From NCBI GenBank assembly GCA_937910835.1, contig CALEMG010000132.1, forward strand, positions 1-39,941: a DNA stretch of 39,941 nucleotides. Direction: 5' to 3'. Position 1 is the first letter of the stretch. Each line of letters begins with the position of its first letter. This document shows positions 1 through 9,406 of the stretch, one piece after another. The DNA is from an uncultured Alphaproteobacteria bacterium. GTDB taxonomy: Bacteria; Pseudomonadota; Alphaproteobacteria; Sneathiellales; Sneathiellaceae. Below the pieces are notes generated by a model that saw only the letters and a list, made by a program, of their open reading frames with translations, was not told the origin of the DNA and made no database searches. Both the position numbers and the translations under genes were made by a program.

Positions 1-172
1 AGTTCGGTTATTATTGTTTTCAAGGAAGACTCCAGTTGATTGTTGTTTTTATTCTTTATAGGAAGCGAACTCTCATACTGCAACAACCAGTCGCAAGAGG
101 CTATCCTTTTGGCCAATTATTTAACGATCTACCGATCGAATTAGCAATCATCAATTGCCCTTTTGCCATAAA

Positions 173-1843
173 TCACATTACTGCGCCGGCCCGAACAAGA
201 ATCGCATCGAAGTCGATGTCCTCCGGCAAAGTTCCATAGGCACCAGACCAATAGTCGCCAAGACGCGAGGCGCAAAAGGCGTCAGACACTGCCGACGGCG
301 CATGCTGCACAAGAAGCGCGCCCTGCCAAGCAAGCGCCATCATCTCCGTTATCCGGCGGGCACGGGTTTCAAGGCCACCGGTTTCAGCGACCTCGGCATT
401 CAGGCGCGCCATATAGTTGTCAAGCAGGCGATTGCCGCCTTTGGCCTGTTCTATTTCTGCAAAAAACGCAGGTAACGCACTTGCATCTTTATAAAGCGCA
501 CGGAGCACATCAAGGCAAATCACATTCCCCGATCCCTCCCATATGCTGTTGACCGGCGCCTCGCGATAGAGCCGCGGCAGGATGCTTTCCTCGATATATC
601 CGGGGCCACCATGACATTCCATCGCCTCATAGACATGACCCGGCGTCCGCTTGCAGATCCAGTATTTCCCAATTGCTGTACCGATACGTGCGAGTGCCGC
701 TTCCGCGGGGTCCGTCTCACTCGCCCCAATGGCACGGCCAAGGCGCAGAAAGAGGCTCGTCGCAGCCTCCGATTCCAGCGCAAGATCAGCAAGTACATTC
801 TGCATCAACGGCTGTTGGATCAGTTTTCTCTGGAAAGCAGAGCGATAGCTTGCATGGTGAATAGCTTGGGTAAGCGCCTGACGCATCAATGCCGCCGAAC
901 CGACCGCGCAATAGTAGCGGGTTCCCTGCACCATCTCGATGATGGTGCGAACACCGCGCCCCTCCTCACCCAGCATCAAGCCCCAGGCATCGACGAATTC
1001 CATCTCGCTTGATGCGTTGGATTTGTTCCCGAGCTTGTCCTTCAACCGCTGAATATAGAGACCGTTGCGTGCGCCATCCGGACGCCATCTCGGCAGCAGA
1101 AAACAACAGAGACCATTCTCCGTATAGGCAAGGGAGAGAAAGGCATCCGACATCGGCGCCGAGCAGAAAAATTTGTGACCAGTCAGGATGTAGGACGCGC
1201 CAGGACCTGTGGCCGATCCTTCGGGCCGCGCTTTCGTTGAGTTCGCGCGCACGTCGGAGCCGCCCTGCTTCTCCGTCATGAACATACCCATGGTGATGCT
1301 CTTCTTCTCATTCGCCGGAATATCGCGCGAGTCATACTCCGTCGCCAACAGGCGCGGGATCCATTCCTTCGCAATTTCCGGTGTAGCCTTAAGGGCAGGC
1401 ACCACCGCATAGCTCATCGCCATCGGACACAGAACGCCGCCCTCAATCTGATTGAGCAGATAGGAGAGCGCGCCATGCGCCACATGATTGCCATCACGCG
1501 GATTATTCCACGCAAAACTCGGCACGTCATGAGCAATCGCAAGATCCATCAGGTTGTGATAGGCCGGATGAAAGGTCACCTGATTGATCCGCATGCCATT
1601 ACGGTCAAAGGCTTTTATCTCAGGCGGATATCGGTTGGCCTGATTGGCCCATTCAAGCGTTTTTTCCGATCCTGCCTTCATGGCGAAATCGATAACTTCC
1701 CGTTCCGCCCATCCGGCCCCCTCCCGCTGCAATCCTTCCTGCAATGGCAGATCCTTCCCAAAAAGATCCTGATCCCCCAGTATCGGCGGCACATTAGTCA
1801 CCTCATGGGTTGGCAAGTTGGAAATCGGGCTACGGATAGTCAT
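173..1843 (-). CDS. aidB: AidB-like acyl-CoA dehydrogenase
   Basis: 556 aa; N-terminal THEVTNVPP, CPMAMSYA, MTEKQGGSDV, GHKFFCSAP, RLKDKLGNKSNASSE, RLYREAPVNSIWEGSGNVICLD match the AidB subfamily. Confidence 0.85.
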   Translation of the reverse strand: MTIRSPISNLPTHEVTNVPPILGDQDLFGKDLPLQEGLQREGAGWAEREVIDFAMKAGSEKTLEWANQANRYPPEIKAFDRNGMRINQVTFHPAYHNLMDLAIAHDVPSFAWNNPRDGNHVAHGALSYLLNQIEGGVLCPMAMSYAVVPALKATPEIAKEWIPRLLATEYDSRDIPANEKKSITMGMFMTEKQGGSDVRANSTKARPEGSATGPGASYILTGHKFFCSAPMSDAFLSLAYTENGLCCFLLPRWRPDGARNGLYIQRLKDKLGNKSNASSEMEFVDAWGLMLGEEGRGVRTIIEMVQGTRYYCAVGSAALMRQALTQAIHHASYRSAFQRKLIQQPLMQNVLADLALESEAATSLFLRLGRAIGASETDPAEAALARIGTAIGKYWICKRTPGHVYEAMECHGGPGYIEESILPRLYREAPVNSIWEGSGNVICLDVLRALYKDASALPAFFAEIEQAKGGNRLLDNYMARLNAEVAETGGLETRARRITEMMALAWQGALLVQHAPSAVSDAFCASRLGDYWSGAYGTLPEDIDFDAILVRAGAVM

Positions 1844-1900
1844 AACGAAGCTCCTGTATCGTTAGAATATGCAAAGTTCCTCTTTATATGGGGCACGATA

Positions 1901-3787
1901 TCAACCCTGCCAAACTACCTCGTGACGGAGGGTATAGGCCCCAAGCTTCTCCGTAATCTGCTCACCAAGCACCGCTTTATCTCCACCGCTGACCGTAATC
2001 GTCGCCACGCTGCCATGCACAGGATGGTTATTAACACTAACCGCGATTGAAGCGCCGTTTGCATTAAATGGTTCCAATTCAGCCGAGAATACCTTCACGG
2101 CTGCATCATGGCGCAATGTCGGCTTGAATATTTTCCCGACGCCGGTAAGCGGCATTTCATCGATTATCGTGAGATCAGCCGGATTGGCTGCCCGCTCCGG
2201 AATTCTCTCCCGAGCAAAATCCTTAAGCTCGTCCGGTGTCACCTTCGCATCCGGTTTCAATTGAACATAGGCTACGGGGATTTCCCCTGCGTAGGTATCC
2301 GGTCGGCCAACAGCGGCGGCCAGTTCAACGGCGGGATGCTCGTGTAGCGCCTCCTCTATAATGGAGGGGGCAATATTATGACCGCTCCTGATAATAATGT
2401 CCTTTGCACGTCCAGTAAGCCAGATATAGCCTTCGGCATCAATGCGACCAAGATCGCCGGAGCGGAGCCAGCCGTCCGTAGTAAAGGCCGTCGCGTTATA
2501 GTCCGACTGAACGTAACCCGGCGTTACACAGACGCCCTTCATGATAATCTCACCAATTTCCTCTGGATCGGCAAATCGGGTGATGTTCCCGTTCTCATCA
2601 ATATGAGCGGACTTGACCTCGACAAAAGGAAAACGCAAGCCCACAGAGCCAAATCGCACTTCTCCATTTTGCGGCTGCATGGTGGTAAAGCAGGTCACTT
2701 CCGTCATGCCGTACCCTTCAAGCATTGGCACCCCGGAAAGATCACTGATCGCCTTTAGAACCTCGACAGGCGCGGCCGACCCGCCGGTAAGGCCTGCGCG
2801 GAGCGAACTGATGTCCGCATCTCCAACTGGCACATTCAGTAGCGCAGACATCATGGTCGGCACCCCTCCCAGAACCGTGACGCCGTATTTTTCGATCAGC
2901 CGCCAGTAATTGCCAACGACTAGCGGATCGCGAAACCCTTGTGGTCTGCTGATCACTAATGTTACCCCATTTATCATGGGCACCAACCCAACGACGATTG
3001 AGCCGCTGATATGAAACATCGGGAGACCGGCCAACAGGCAATCCGCCTCTGAATAACCAAGGCCAAAGCCGCTCATCGCGATTTGGGAGAGCTGCATCCT
3101 GTTTGTATGCGGCGCGAGTTTCGGAACGCCGGTCGTACCGCCCGTGTGATAATAGCCGATGACATCATCCGGCGCGTCATTGCGCGGGCCGTTTATGGCA
3201 CTGGCGTCCTGCTTAGCGATCATTTCATCATATGGGAAGATTTTCTCGCCATCACATTCCGCTCCGCCACCAAGGACGTAGACAGCCTTGAGATTTGGCA
3301 TTCGCTCTATGACATAGGCGGCCTTCTCCCAGAGTTCCGGACTCAATGCCTGTCCCGTTGCGATCAGGATTGTGGCGTTTGCCGCTTCGGCAATGCCAAG
3401 GATATGCTCGGGCTCCAGCAGGGGGTTAACGGCGTTTACTGTGCCCACGGCTTCAGCGCCAAGCATCGTGAAATAGGCTTGCGGACATAGCGGGATGAGG
3501 TAGGTTACCGTCTCTCCCTTTGCAAGACCTGCGGAGAGAAACAGATTTGCGGTCTGATTGACCTTGGCGAGCAACTCACGGTAGGTAATTGCCTTGCCAT
3601 CGCCCATCGGGTCCCCGGGCGGCAATGCGATCAAGGCCGGTTTTTCGGCATATTGTTCAACTGCCGCGCAGAAAACATCATACACATTCTGAAACGGCAT
3701 CCATTTTTCAATGGGCGTTTTCTCAAATTCCTCTACATCCGCGAGGCTAACAAACGGCAAATTGAACTTGCTGATGGTTTCCACCAT
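1901..3787 (-). CDS. Acyl-CoA synthetase / AMP-binding ligase
   Basis: 628 aa; adenylation motifs YYHTGGTTGVPKLA, EGYGMTE, GWLRSGDLG, GRAKDIIIRSGHNI, LTGVGKIFK. Confidence 0.9.
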   Translation of the reverse strand: MVETISKFNLPFVSLADVEEFEKTPIEKWMPFQNVYDVFCAAVEQYAEKPALIALPPGDPMGDGKAITYRELLAKVNQTANLFLSAGLAKGETVTYLIPLCPQAYFTMLGAEAVGTVNAVNPLLEPEHILGIAEAANATILIATGQALSPELWEKAAYVIERMPNLKAVYVLGGGAECDGEKIFPYDEMIAKQDASAINGPRNDAPDDVIGYYHTGGTTGVPKLAPHTNRMQLSQIAMSGFGLGYSEADCLLAGLPMFHISGSIVVGLVPMINGVTLVISRPQGFRDPLVVGNYWRLIEKYGVTVLGGVPTMMSALLNVPVGDADISSLRAGLTGGSAAPVEVLKAISDLSGVPMLEGYGMTEVTCFTTMQPQNGEVRFGSVGLRFPFVEVKSAHIDENGNITRFADPEEIGEIIMKGVCVTPGYVQSDYNATAFTTDGWLRSGDLGRIDAEGYIWLTGRAKDIIIRSGHNIAPSIIEEALHEHPAVELAAAVGRPDTYAGEIPVAYVQLKPDAKVTPDELKDFARERIPERAANPADLTIIDEMPLTGVGKIFKPTLRHDAAVKVFSAELEPFNANGASIAVSVNNHPVHGSVATITVSGGDKAVLGEQITEKLGAYTLRHEVVWQG

Positions 3788-3928
3788 TCTTTTTCTCAGT
3801 TAGGTTTATCATTGCGAGGGCGTTGAGCCGCCCTTCTGTTGAACTTTATGATGCCAGATACAAAGCAAGATACAATTGAAATTTGTGCAGCTTGAGGCGT
3901 ATTTATCCTCAATATGCTGAGATCAGGG

Positions 3929-4765
3929 TTATTCCCCTGTTCTTAGTTGCTGATATTCCGCGAGCGCATCCTCCATGGTCAGGAATCTCGCCCCACGGTC
4001 CATAAGCTCCACAATTAACTTTTCCAGCATCAACATACGGTGCCCTCGACCAATGCAGAATGGATGGCAGGTATAGGTAAGAATGCCCCAGTCGAGTTTT
4101 TGCTGCATATAGTCGAAATCTCCCAACCAGTTTTCCAGCACGTCGCTACCCGGACGCAAGCCCGGCAAAACGGAACCCTTATTGCGGATATATTCGAAAT
4201 GAGGGAAATCATCTGTGGACCAGCTAATCGGCATTTCAATCAGCTCGGTTGGTTTGCCAAAGTCTACCCGCGCATCCGGGTGGATTACATCGCCCGTGCG
4301 GGCCGGATATGGCATGTAATCATTCCCCATCATGCTACTGTCATAGAGAAGTCCCTCTTCAAGCAGAAGTTCAACGCTATGGGGGCTCAAATCCCAGGAC
4401 GGGGAGCGATAGCCACGAGCTTTCTTGCCCGTCAGTTTCTGGATAGCCTGATTTCCGCGGATAAGCTGTTCATGTTCCTCTTCCCGAGAGAGTCCAGTCG
4501 GCGGAATATGGGACCAGCCGTGATGACCTATCTCATGGCCGCCTGCCGCAATCCTCTCACAAACTTCAGGATAGCTGTACAATGTCACGCCAGGGATAAA
4601 CCAGCTGCTCATGATGTTATACTCTTGCAACAAATTGAGTATACGCGGAGCACCGACGGCGCCGAATTCTCCACGCGACATCATAGTTGGCGTCGTCCGG
4701 CCATTCACAATCCAACTGGAAGCAGCATCAAAGTCGAATGACAGGCAAACAATATAAGGGCTCAT
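3929..4765 (-). CDS. Polysaccharide deacetylase (CE4/NodB fold, PuuE/PgdA-like)
   Basis: LSFDFD, HEIGHHGWSH, GYRSPSW, YDSSMM, TCHP motifs; start moved to ATG 4765, which has GAGGA upstream. Confidence 0.85.
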   Translation of the reverse strand: MSPYIVCLSFDFDAASSWIVNGRTTPTMMSRGEFGAVGAPRILNLLQEYNIMSSWFIPGVTLYSYPEVCERIAAGGHEIGHHGWSHIPPTGLSREEEHEQLIRGNQAIQKLTGKKARGYRSPSWDLSPHSVELLLEEGLLYDSSMMGNDYMPYPARTGDVIHPDARVDFGKPTELIEMPISWSTDDFPHFEYIRNKGSVLPGLRPGSDVLENWLGDFDYMQQKLDWGILTYTCHPFCIGRGHRMLMLEKLIVELMDRGARFLTMEDALAEYQQLRTGE

Positions 4766-4886
4766 ATTTTTATCCTCGCCCACTGCACCGAATGGTGTTT
4801 TATTGATCAAAACAGGCTACAGTGTATGGTCGCGCTTCGCAATGGCAGGAGCATTATAAACAAGTGGCAAGGCTAAGATAAGCAGT

Positions 4887-5945
4887 ATGAAATCATTCTC
4901 CCAGTTGAATGCGCTCACAGTTGGTTCGGCGACCATCGATATCATCGCCTCGGGCGACGATCAGGACATTGAGCGGATGACAATGCATAATGCCACATCG
5001 TCTTTTCTTTTACTTGAGGAAGGAAGAAAAATTGATGTGAGCTCCATTAAATCTTCTATCGGCGGTGGCGGAACCAACTCCGCAGTCGCCCTATCCCGGC
5101 TTGGGTATCAGACAACCGCCCTCCTGCGTGTGGGAAAAGATCTTGAAGGAAAGAAAATCAGGGACGTACTGACCTCGGAAAAAGTCAATGCCGATATGAT
5201 GATAGAAGATGACACCCTGCCTACGGGTCAGGCAATCATGATTATGTCGCATGCCCGTAATCCCACGATTTTTACGAACCGCGGCGCTAATACCGCCTTA
5301 TGCGAGGATGAGATTGGCCCGGAGTTCTTTCAAAACCAGGATCTTGTCTATATTGCCAGCCTGTCCGGCAACTCCGCCGCGTGCCTTACGAAAATCTCCC
5401 GGCTTGCGAAGGAAGCCGGCGCTTTTGTCGCCACAAATCTCGGCATCCGGCAAATCACTTACTGGTCAGGTGATATTATTGAAGCCCTTTCCCATATCGA
5501 TCTGCTCTCCATCAATGCGGTGGAGGCGGAACAACTCGCACTCACCCTGTTACCGAAGGGACAGCCAACGACTGACAAAAAGCCAACCGGAAAGGGGCCC
5601 GTCTTGCTGGAAAAGGGCTTGGGCGGGCGAGCGTTCGAGAGTGTTGTCCAGGAAGTGTGCAAGATAGGACCACGAATTGTTCTTGTAACTAACGGTGCAG
5701 AGGGAGCGTATGCGGGAACGCTGGACGGCATTAGCTTTCATCCGGCAAAAAAATCCGAGGTCAGCAGTACGGCAGGCGCCGGCGACGCATTCGCGACAAC
5801 TTTCTCTGCTTATGCCGCTATTGGCGCAGATTTGGACCTCTGTCTTGAAGTGGCGACAGCAAACGCCCTTTCTGTTATTGCGGCACCAGACACGCAAAGT
5901 GGATTACTCAGGAAAGCCGAGATAGACGCTGCGATTTGTGCCTGA
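4887..5945 (+). CDS. PfkB/ribokinase-family carbohydrate kinase
   Basis: GGGGTNSAVALSRLG, VTNGAEGA and TAGAGDAF signature motifs. Confidence 0.9.
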   Translation: MKSFSQLNALTVGSATIDIIASGDDQDIERMTMHNATSSFLLLEEGRKIDVSSIKSSIGGGGTNSAVALSRLGYQTTALLRVGKDLEGKKIRDVLTSEKVNADMMIEDDTLPTGQAIMIMSHARNPTIFTNRGANTALCEDEIGPEFFQNQDLVYIASLSGNSAACLTKISRLAKEAGAFVATNLGIRQITYWSGDIIEALSHIDLLSINAVEAEQLALTLLPKGQPTTDKKPTGKGPVLLEKGLGGRAFESVVQEVCKIGPRIVLVTNGAEGAYAGTLDGISFHPAKKSEVSSTAGAGDAFATTFSAYAAIGADLDLCLEVATANALSVIAAPDTQSGLLRKAEIDAAICA

Positions 5946-6026
5946 TCTCACAAACGACTGTGAATCGCATAGTACCTTTTTGTTTCTTGGTTTACATTCA
6001 GACTGAACAATAAGGACGGCATCGAC

Positions 6027-6659
6027 ATGCTTAAAAATCTATTATTAGCCATTGGGTTTCTGATTGCCAGCGCAGTCTATGTACCCTTTCCCGCCTTAGC
6101 CGAAGATGAAGACGTCGCGACAGTTTCAAGGCTTAGAAACACGGCTGTTGTTCTTAGGAAAGGCCAGCAAATAGATATTCGGCCCAGTTTTAAGCTGCAA
6201 AAATTTGATGAAATAAAATCGGGAGAAAATGCCCGGGTTGAAGTTATTTTCAATGATGGCACGAAACTGAATATCGGTGCGGATTGCCATATTGTTATCG
6301 ACGAATTTTTGTTCGACCCTGATAAAAATATCGGCATTGCAATCCTGCGTGAGCTGCAAGGGCCTTTTCGCTTCATTACAGGGCGTATCGGAAAAGTCCT
6401 ACAGCCGCAGGTCGTCGTTCAGAGTCGGTTTGGCGTCGTCGGCGTTCGCGGTACGGATTTTTGGGCCGGCCCCTCAAGAGGCGTTTACGGAGTTCTCTTG
6501 CTGGATGGGGCAATCTCGGTCACAAATCCGGCGGGCCAACGCAGCCTCACTCCTGCGGGAACCGGTGTCAATCTGACCGATAATAATGTGCCACCCGGAG
6601 AGGTGACAGTCTGGGGCGCCGACCGCGCACAAGAAGCTCTGGCAGACGTTGCTTTCTAG
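6027..6659 (+). CDS. Secreted FecR-domain protein (paralog 1)
   Basis: Signal peptide ending ALA; RVEVIFNDGTKLNIG, G-FRFITG, GVRGTDFW are FecR-domain motifs. Confidence 0.8.
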   Translation: MLKNLLLAIGFLIASAVYVPFPALAEDEDVATVSRLRNTAVVLRKGQQIDIRPSFKLQKFDEIKSGENARVEVIFNDGTKLNIGADCHIVIDEFLFDPDKNIGIAILRELQGPFRFITGRIGKVLQPQVVVQSRFGVVGVRGTDFWAGPSRGVYGVLLLDGAISVTNPAGQRSLTPAGTGVNLTDNNVPPGEVTVWGADRAQEALADVAF

Positions 6660-6830
6660 TTGGCCGCTGTCGGTAGACTATTCATTTCCGACTTCTCGCC
6701 ACATAAAATTTTGGGGCAAGGTGATCTTTTCGCACGGTCACCTCGTAAAAACATTAATGGGACAGTGTATCGCAGTTGAAAACGCGATCAGGAAGCATTT
6801 ATTCCCCAATATACGATGTAGGAGAGCGGG

Positions 6831-7466
6831 ATGTTCAAGAATCTGATTTTGATATTGTCTCTGACGACAGGGTTAGTATTTGCATTCGCGGAGAACGGCA
6901 ATGCCGCCAATTCTAACGTCGGCACGATCACCCGCCTTCAAAGCGATGCGAAAATTATCAGAGACGGCCAGACAATTCCCATGGAAGTCGGGTCAGCGAT
7001 ACGAGAAAACGATGAAATCAATTCAGAAGATATGGCCCGTATCGAAATCACCTTCACGGACGGAACAACGCTGCTTATCGGCGAGAACGCCCGCGTAGAA
7101 ATCGACGAGTATCTTTACGATCCCGACAACAATATCGGGACCGCAATTATAGGCGCGCTTCAGGGCCCATTTCGGTTTATCACCGGAAAAATAAGCCAGT
7201 TGAAGGACAAACGTGTTGAAATAAAAAGCAGCGTTGCAACAATTGGTGTGCGCGGTACTGATTTCTGGGGTGGACCATCACAGGGAACTTATGGTGTATT
7301 CCTGTTTGAGGGGACTATTGTTATCTTCAACGCCGAAGGCGGGCGGATAGTAAGTGCCCCGGGAACCGGTGTAGACCTTGACGGTATCGATAAAGTGCCG
7401 GGAGAGGTCACCGTTTGGAGCGCTTCACGTGCCCAGGCGGCACTTGCAACTGTGACTTTTAAGTAG
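6831..7466 (+). CDS. Secreted FecR-domain protein (paralog 2)
   Basis: Signal peptide; IEITFTDGTTLLIG, QGPFRFITGKI, IGVRGTDFW; aligns along its length with paralog 1. Confidence 0.8.
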   Translation: MFKNLILILSLTTGLVFAFAENGNAANSNVGTITRLQSDAKIIRDGQTIPMEVGSAIRENDEINSEDMARIEITFTDGTTLLIGENARVEIDEYLYDPDNNIGTAIIGALQGPFRFITGKISQLKDKRVEIKSSVATIGVRGTDFWGGPSQGTYGVFLFEGTIVIFNAEGGRIVSAPGTGVDLDGIDKVPGEVTVWSASRAQAALATVTFK

Positions 7467-7491
7467 GGAAACGTTCCCCTTTAGGCGCTAA

Positions 7492-8001
7492 ATGGACCGA
7501 CTAGAGACAGATCTACCGATTTCTTCTGAAATCCTTATGGAGATACGGGATTATTGGGTGGATCTAAAGCAGAACAGGTTAATGCCCTTGAAACAGGAAT
7601 TCAATCCAGCTGCCATCGTACGGCATCTGCCCTATGTGGTGCTTGTCGATGTCTTTCAGGATCCGCTGCAGTTTCGATATCGCCTTTTAGGAACCAAAAT
7701 CACGGAGCTCGCGGGGCGAAACGTAACCGGTAAGTGGTTGGACGAGGAGCTCTATGGTGACAGAACAGATGATATGTTATGGATGTTCAGAAGCTGCGCA
7801 TCTTCCAAGCGACCCGTTGCGGTCCGCGAGCAAGTTCAGTTTGTCGATAAATCATGGGTGAATGTCGATGTTGTCGCCTTCCCATTGAGTGACGCAGATG
7901 GAAATATAACTGTAATCTTGAGTGCCGTCGATTTGACACATGTAAATGCGAAGCTTCCCTTGTCCGGGACGGGCTTTATTCTCAACTGGCAGACAACCTA
8001 A
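7492..8001 (+). CDS. Stand-alone PAS-domain protein (PAS_5-like)
   Basis: YW..LK..RLMP...FNP, FRYRLLGT, GRNVTGK, AFPLSD pattern typical of alphaproteobacterial PAS_5 proteins. Confidence 0.75.
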   Translation: MDRLETDLPISSEILMEIRDYWVDLKQNRLMPLKQEFNPAAIVRHLPYVVLVDVFQDPLQFRYRLLGTKITELAGRNVTGKWLDEELYGDRTDDMLWMFRSCASSKRPVAVREQVQFVDKSWVNVDVVAFPLSDADGNITVILSAVDLTHVNAKLPLSGTGFILNWQTT

Positions 8002-8074
8002 GCAACGCCTCAATCTTCCCCAGAGCCTCAATCCGAAGCCTAAAAGCCCCACGAAGGAGCGAAGCTACTGAGTA

Positions 8075-8093
8075 TAAAATGAGGCTGGTGGCA
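8075..8093 (+). repeat. Candidate degenerate att core (left junction)
   Basis: TAAAATGAGG-CTGG-TGGCA vs TAAAATGAGGTTCTGGCTGGGGTGGCA at 20106-20132 (tRNA 3' end and flank): 10 bp exact, then a gapped match. Confidence 0.5.
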
Positions 8094-8111
8094 TCATTCA
8101 CTTTTATATAT

Positions 8112-8124
8112 TAACTAATTGATA
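8112..8124 (-). promoter_or_regulatory. IHF-binding consensus site in the att region
   Basis: Minus strand TATCAATTAGTTA fits WATCAANNNNTTR exactly, between the putative core and the arm repeats. Confidence 0.55.
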
Positions 8125-8157
8125 TAAAACAAATTACATAAAAGTGAATTATAAATA

Positions 8158-8178
8158 TACCCCCAATTATACCCCCAA
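8158..8178 (+). repeat. Integrase arm-type sites, left end (2 x TACCCCCAA)
   Basis: Copies at 8158-8166 and 8170-8178, 12-bp period; the same motif and spacing occur at the right end. Confidence 0.75.
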
Positions 8179-8330
8179 TTAAATTTCCGCTTACTGCCCA
8201 CACTGGTAAGGAAATATTCTTGAGTACTATTCAAATTCAGAGGAAACCAGTAGTCTATAGTTACCCTCCATCAACACCGTTGCTTAACAAAAGGGCCGCA
8301 CATATTTTGTCATAGACAAAACGTGCATAA

Positions 8331-9362
8331 TTAATCTTGATCTTCTATGATATCTGGAACATAAATCTGGCGCAGCGGAATCAGGGTCCTATAGCGAGCC
8401 GATAATTTTTCATAATGCTCAAAAATAAGTTCCACCAACTGTTCGCCGCCGATCAAACGCAGCTTAGCTTTGTTGCGCTCTAGGACCCTAGCTGGCTTGC
8501 TAAATGATCCTAGATTTACAAACAAGGCAAATTCACCCTCACCCAAGGTCCCAAGCAGCTGGCTAACCTCAGGCTCGCCGGTTTGCTCCGTAATACGTTT
8601 ACATTGAACCTTAATAATTGGCGGCTCAAACCCCAACTCATCCGTATGAGCGATAATATCAACGCCGCCATCACCTGATTTCTCGGATACTCTAGCGGTA
8701 TATCCCATACATTCCAGTAAATGCGCTGTAAAATGCTCGAATTCATATCCATTGAGCCGAGACATAATTCGCTTGATCACATAGTCATGGGTCGTCTCAA
8801 CTGCCTGCTGTGACACATTCTTGGTAATGCTAACATCATCACCACTTTCCTCATTCTCCGTCTCATCATTTTGCTCAATTTGGCCGATTTCTATTTTAGC
8901 CAAAAATTCTTTCTGATGTCTTTTGATAGCAAAAAGTGTGATGAAAGCTCCGATTTCGTAAAGAGCAGATTGTGAAAATTCGCTGCGCGGAAAATGTCCG
9001 ATCCACTCAACGCTTCTGCGGTTAGGATAGCTTTCGTCTTCCTCGCCTTCCTCGGCAGGAACAAAGAAGCCTTCACCCTTAAAGCGCCCGATGTTTACCA
9101 TCCTATCATTCTTTGATGGGTAGACCACATAGTCACCCTCCTTCACCTCATGCGCAAAGCGATAAAGGATACCAGCCTGAACCGGCAATGAGCCCTCCGT
9201 AATGTTCGGGCTCGAACTTCGAAGTGCCTCTTTATACTTTTCACGATCACCCTCAATCTTGAAAATATTCCCAATTAGCGGCCAGCTTATGCCTACATAG
9301 CCAAATTCGATTGGATCGTGGCCGACCCACTCTTGCATATGAATTCCCCATACCTGAGCCAT
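8331..9362 (-). CDS. Mrr-like (type IV) restriction endonuclease
   Basis: C-terminal Mrr catalytic domain: FEHFTAHLLECMGY, GDGGVDIIA, KVQCKR, LRLIGGEQLVELI; separate N-terminal putative recognition domain. Confidence 0.85.
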   Translation of the reverse strand: MAQVWGIHMQEWVGHDPIEFGYVGISWPLIGNIFKIEGDREKYKEALRSSSPNITEGSLPVQAGILYRFAHEVKEGDYVVYPSKNDRMVNIGRFKGEGFFVPAEEGEEDESYPNRRSVEWIGHFPRSEFSQSALYEIGAFITLFAIKRHQKEFLAKIEIGQIEQNDETENEESGDDVSITKNVSQQAVETTHDYVIKRIMSRLNGYEFEHFTAHLLECMGYTARVSEKSGDGGVDIIAHTDELGFEPPIIKVQCKRITEQTGEPEVSQLLGTLGEGEFALFVNLGSFSKPARVLERNKAKLRLIGGEQLVELIFEHYEKLSARYRTLIPLRQIYVPDIIEDQD

Positions 9363-9406
9363 ACTAAAGGTCCATTTCTATTTTTATGCTTCGTTACAAT
9401 GCTAAT

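Noticed and set aside
8007-8050. Short GCCTCAATC repeats after the PAS gene
   Set aside because: Two 9-bp copies only; no array structure or assignable function.
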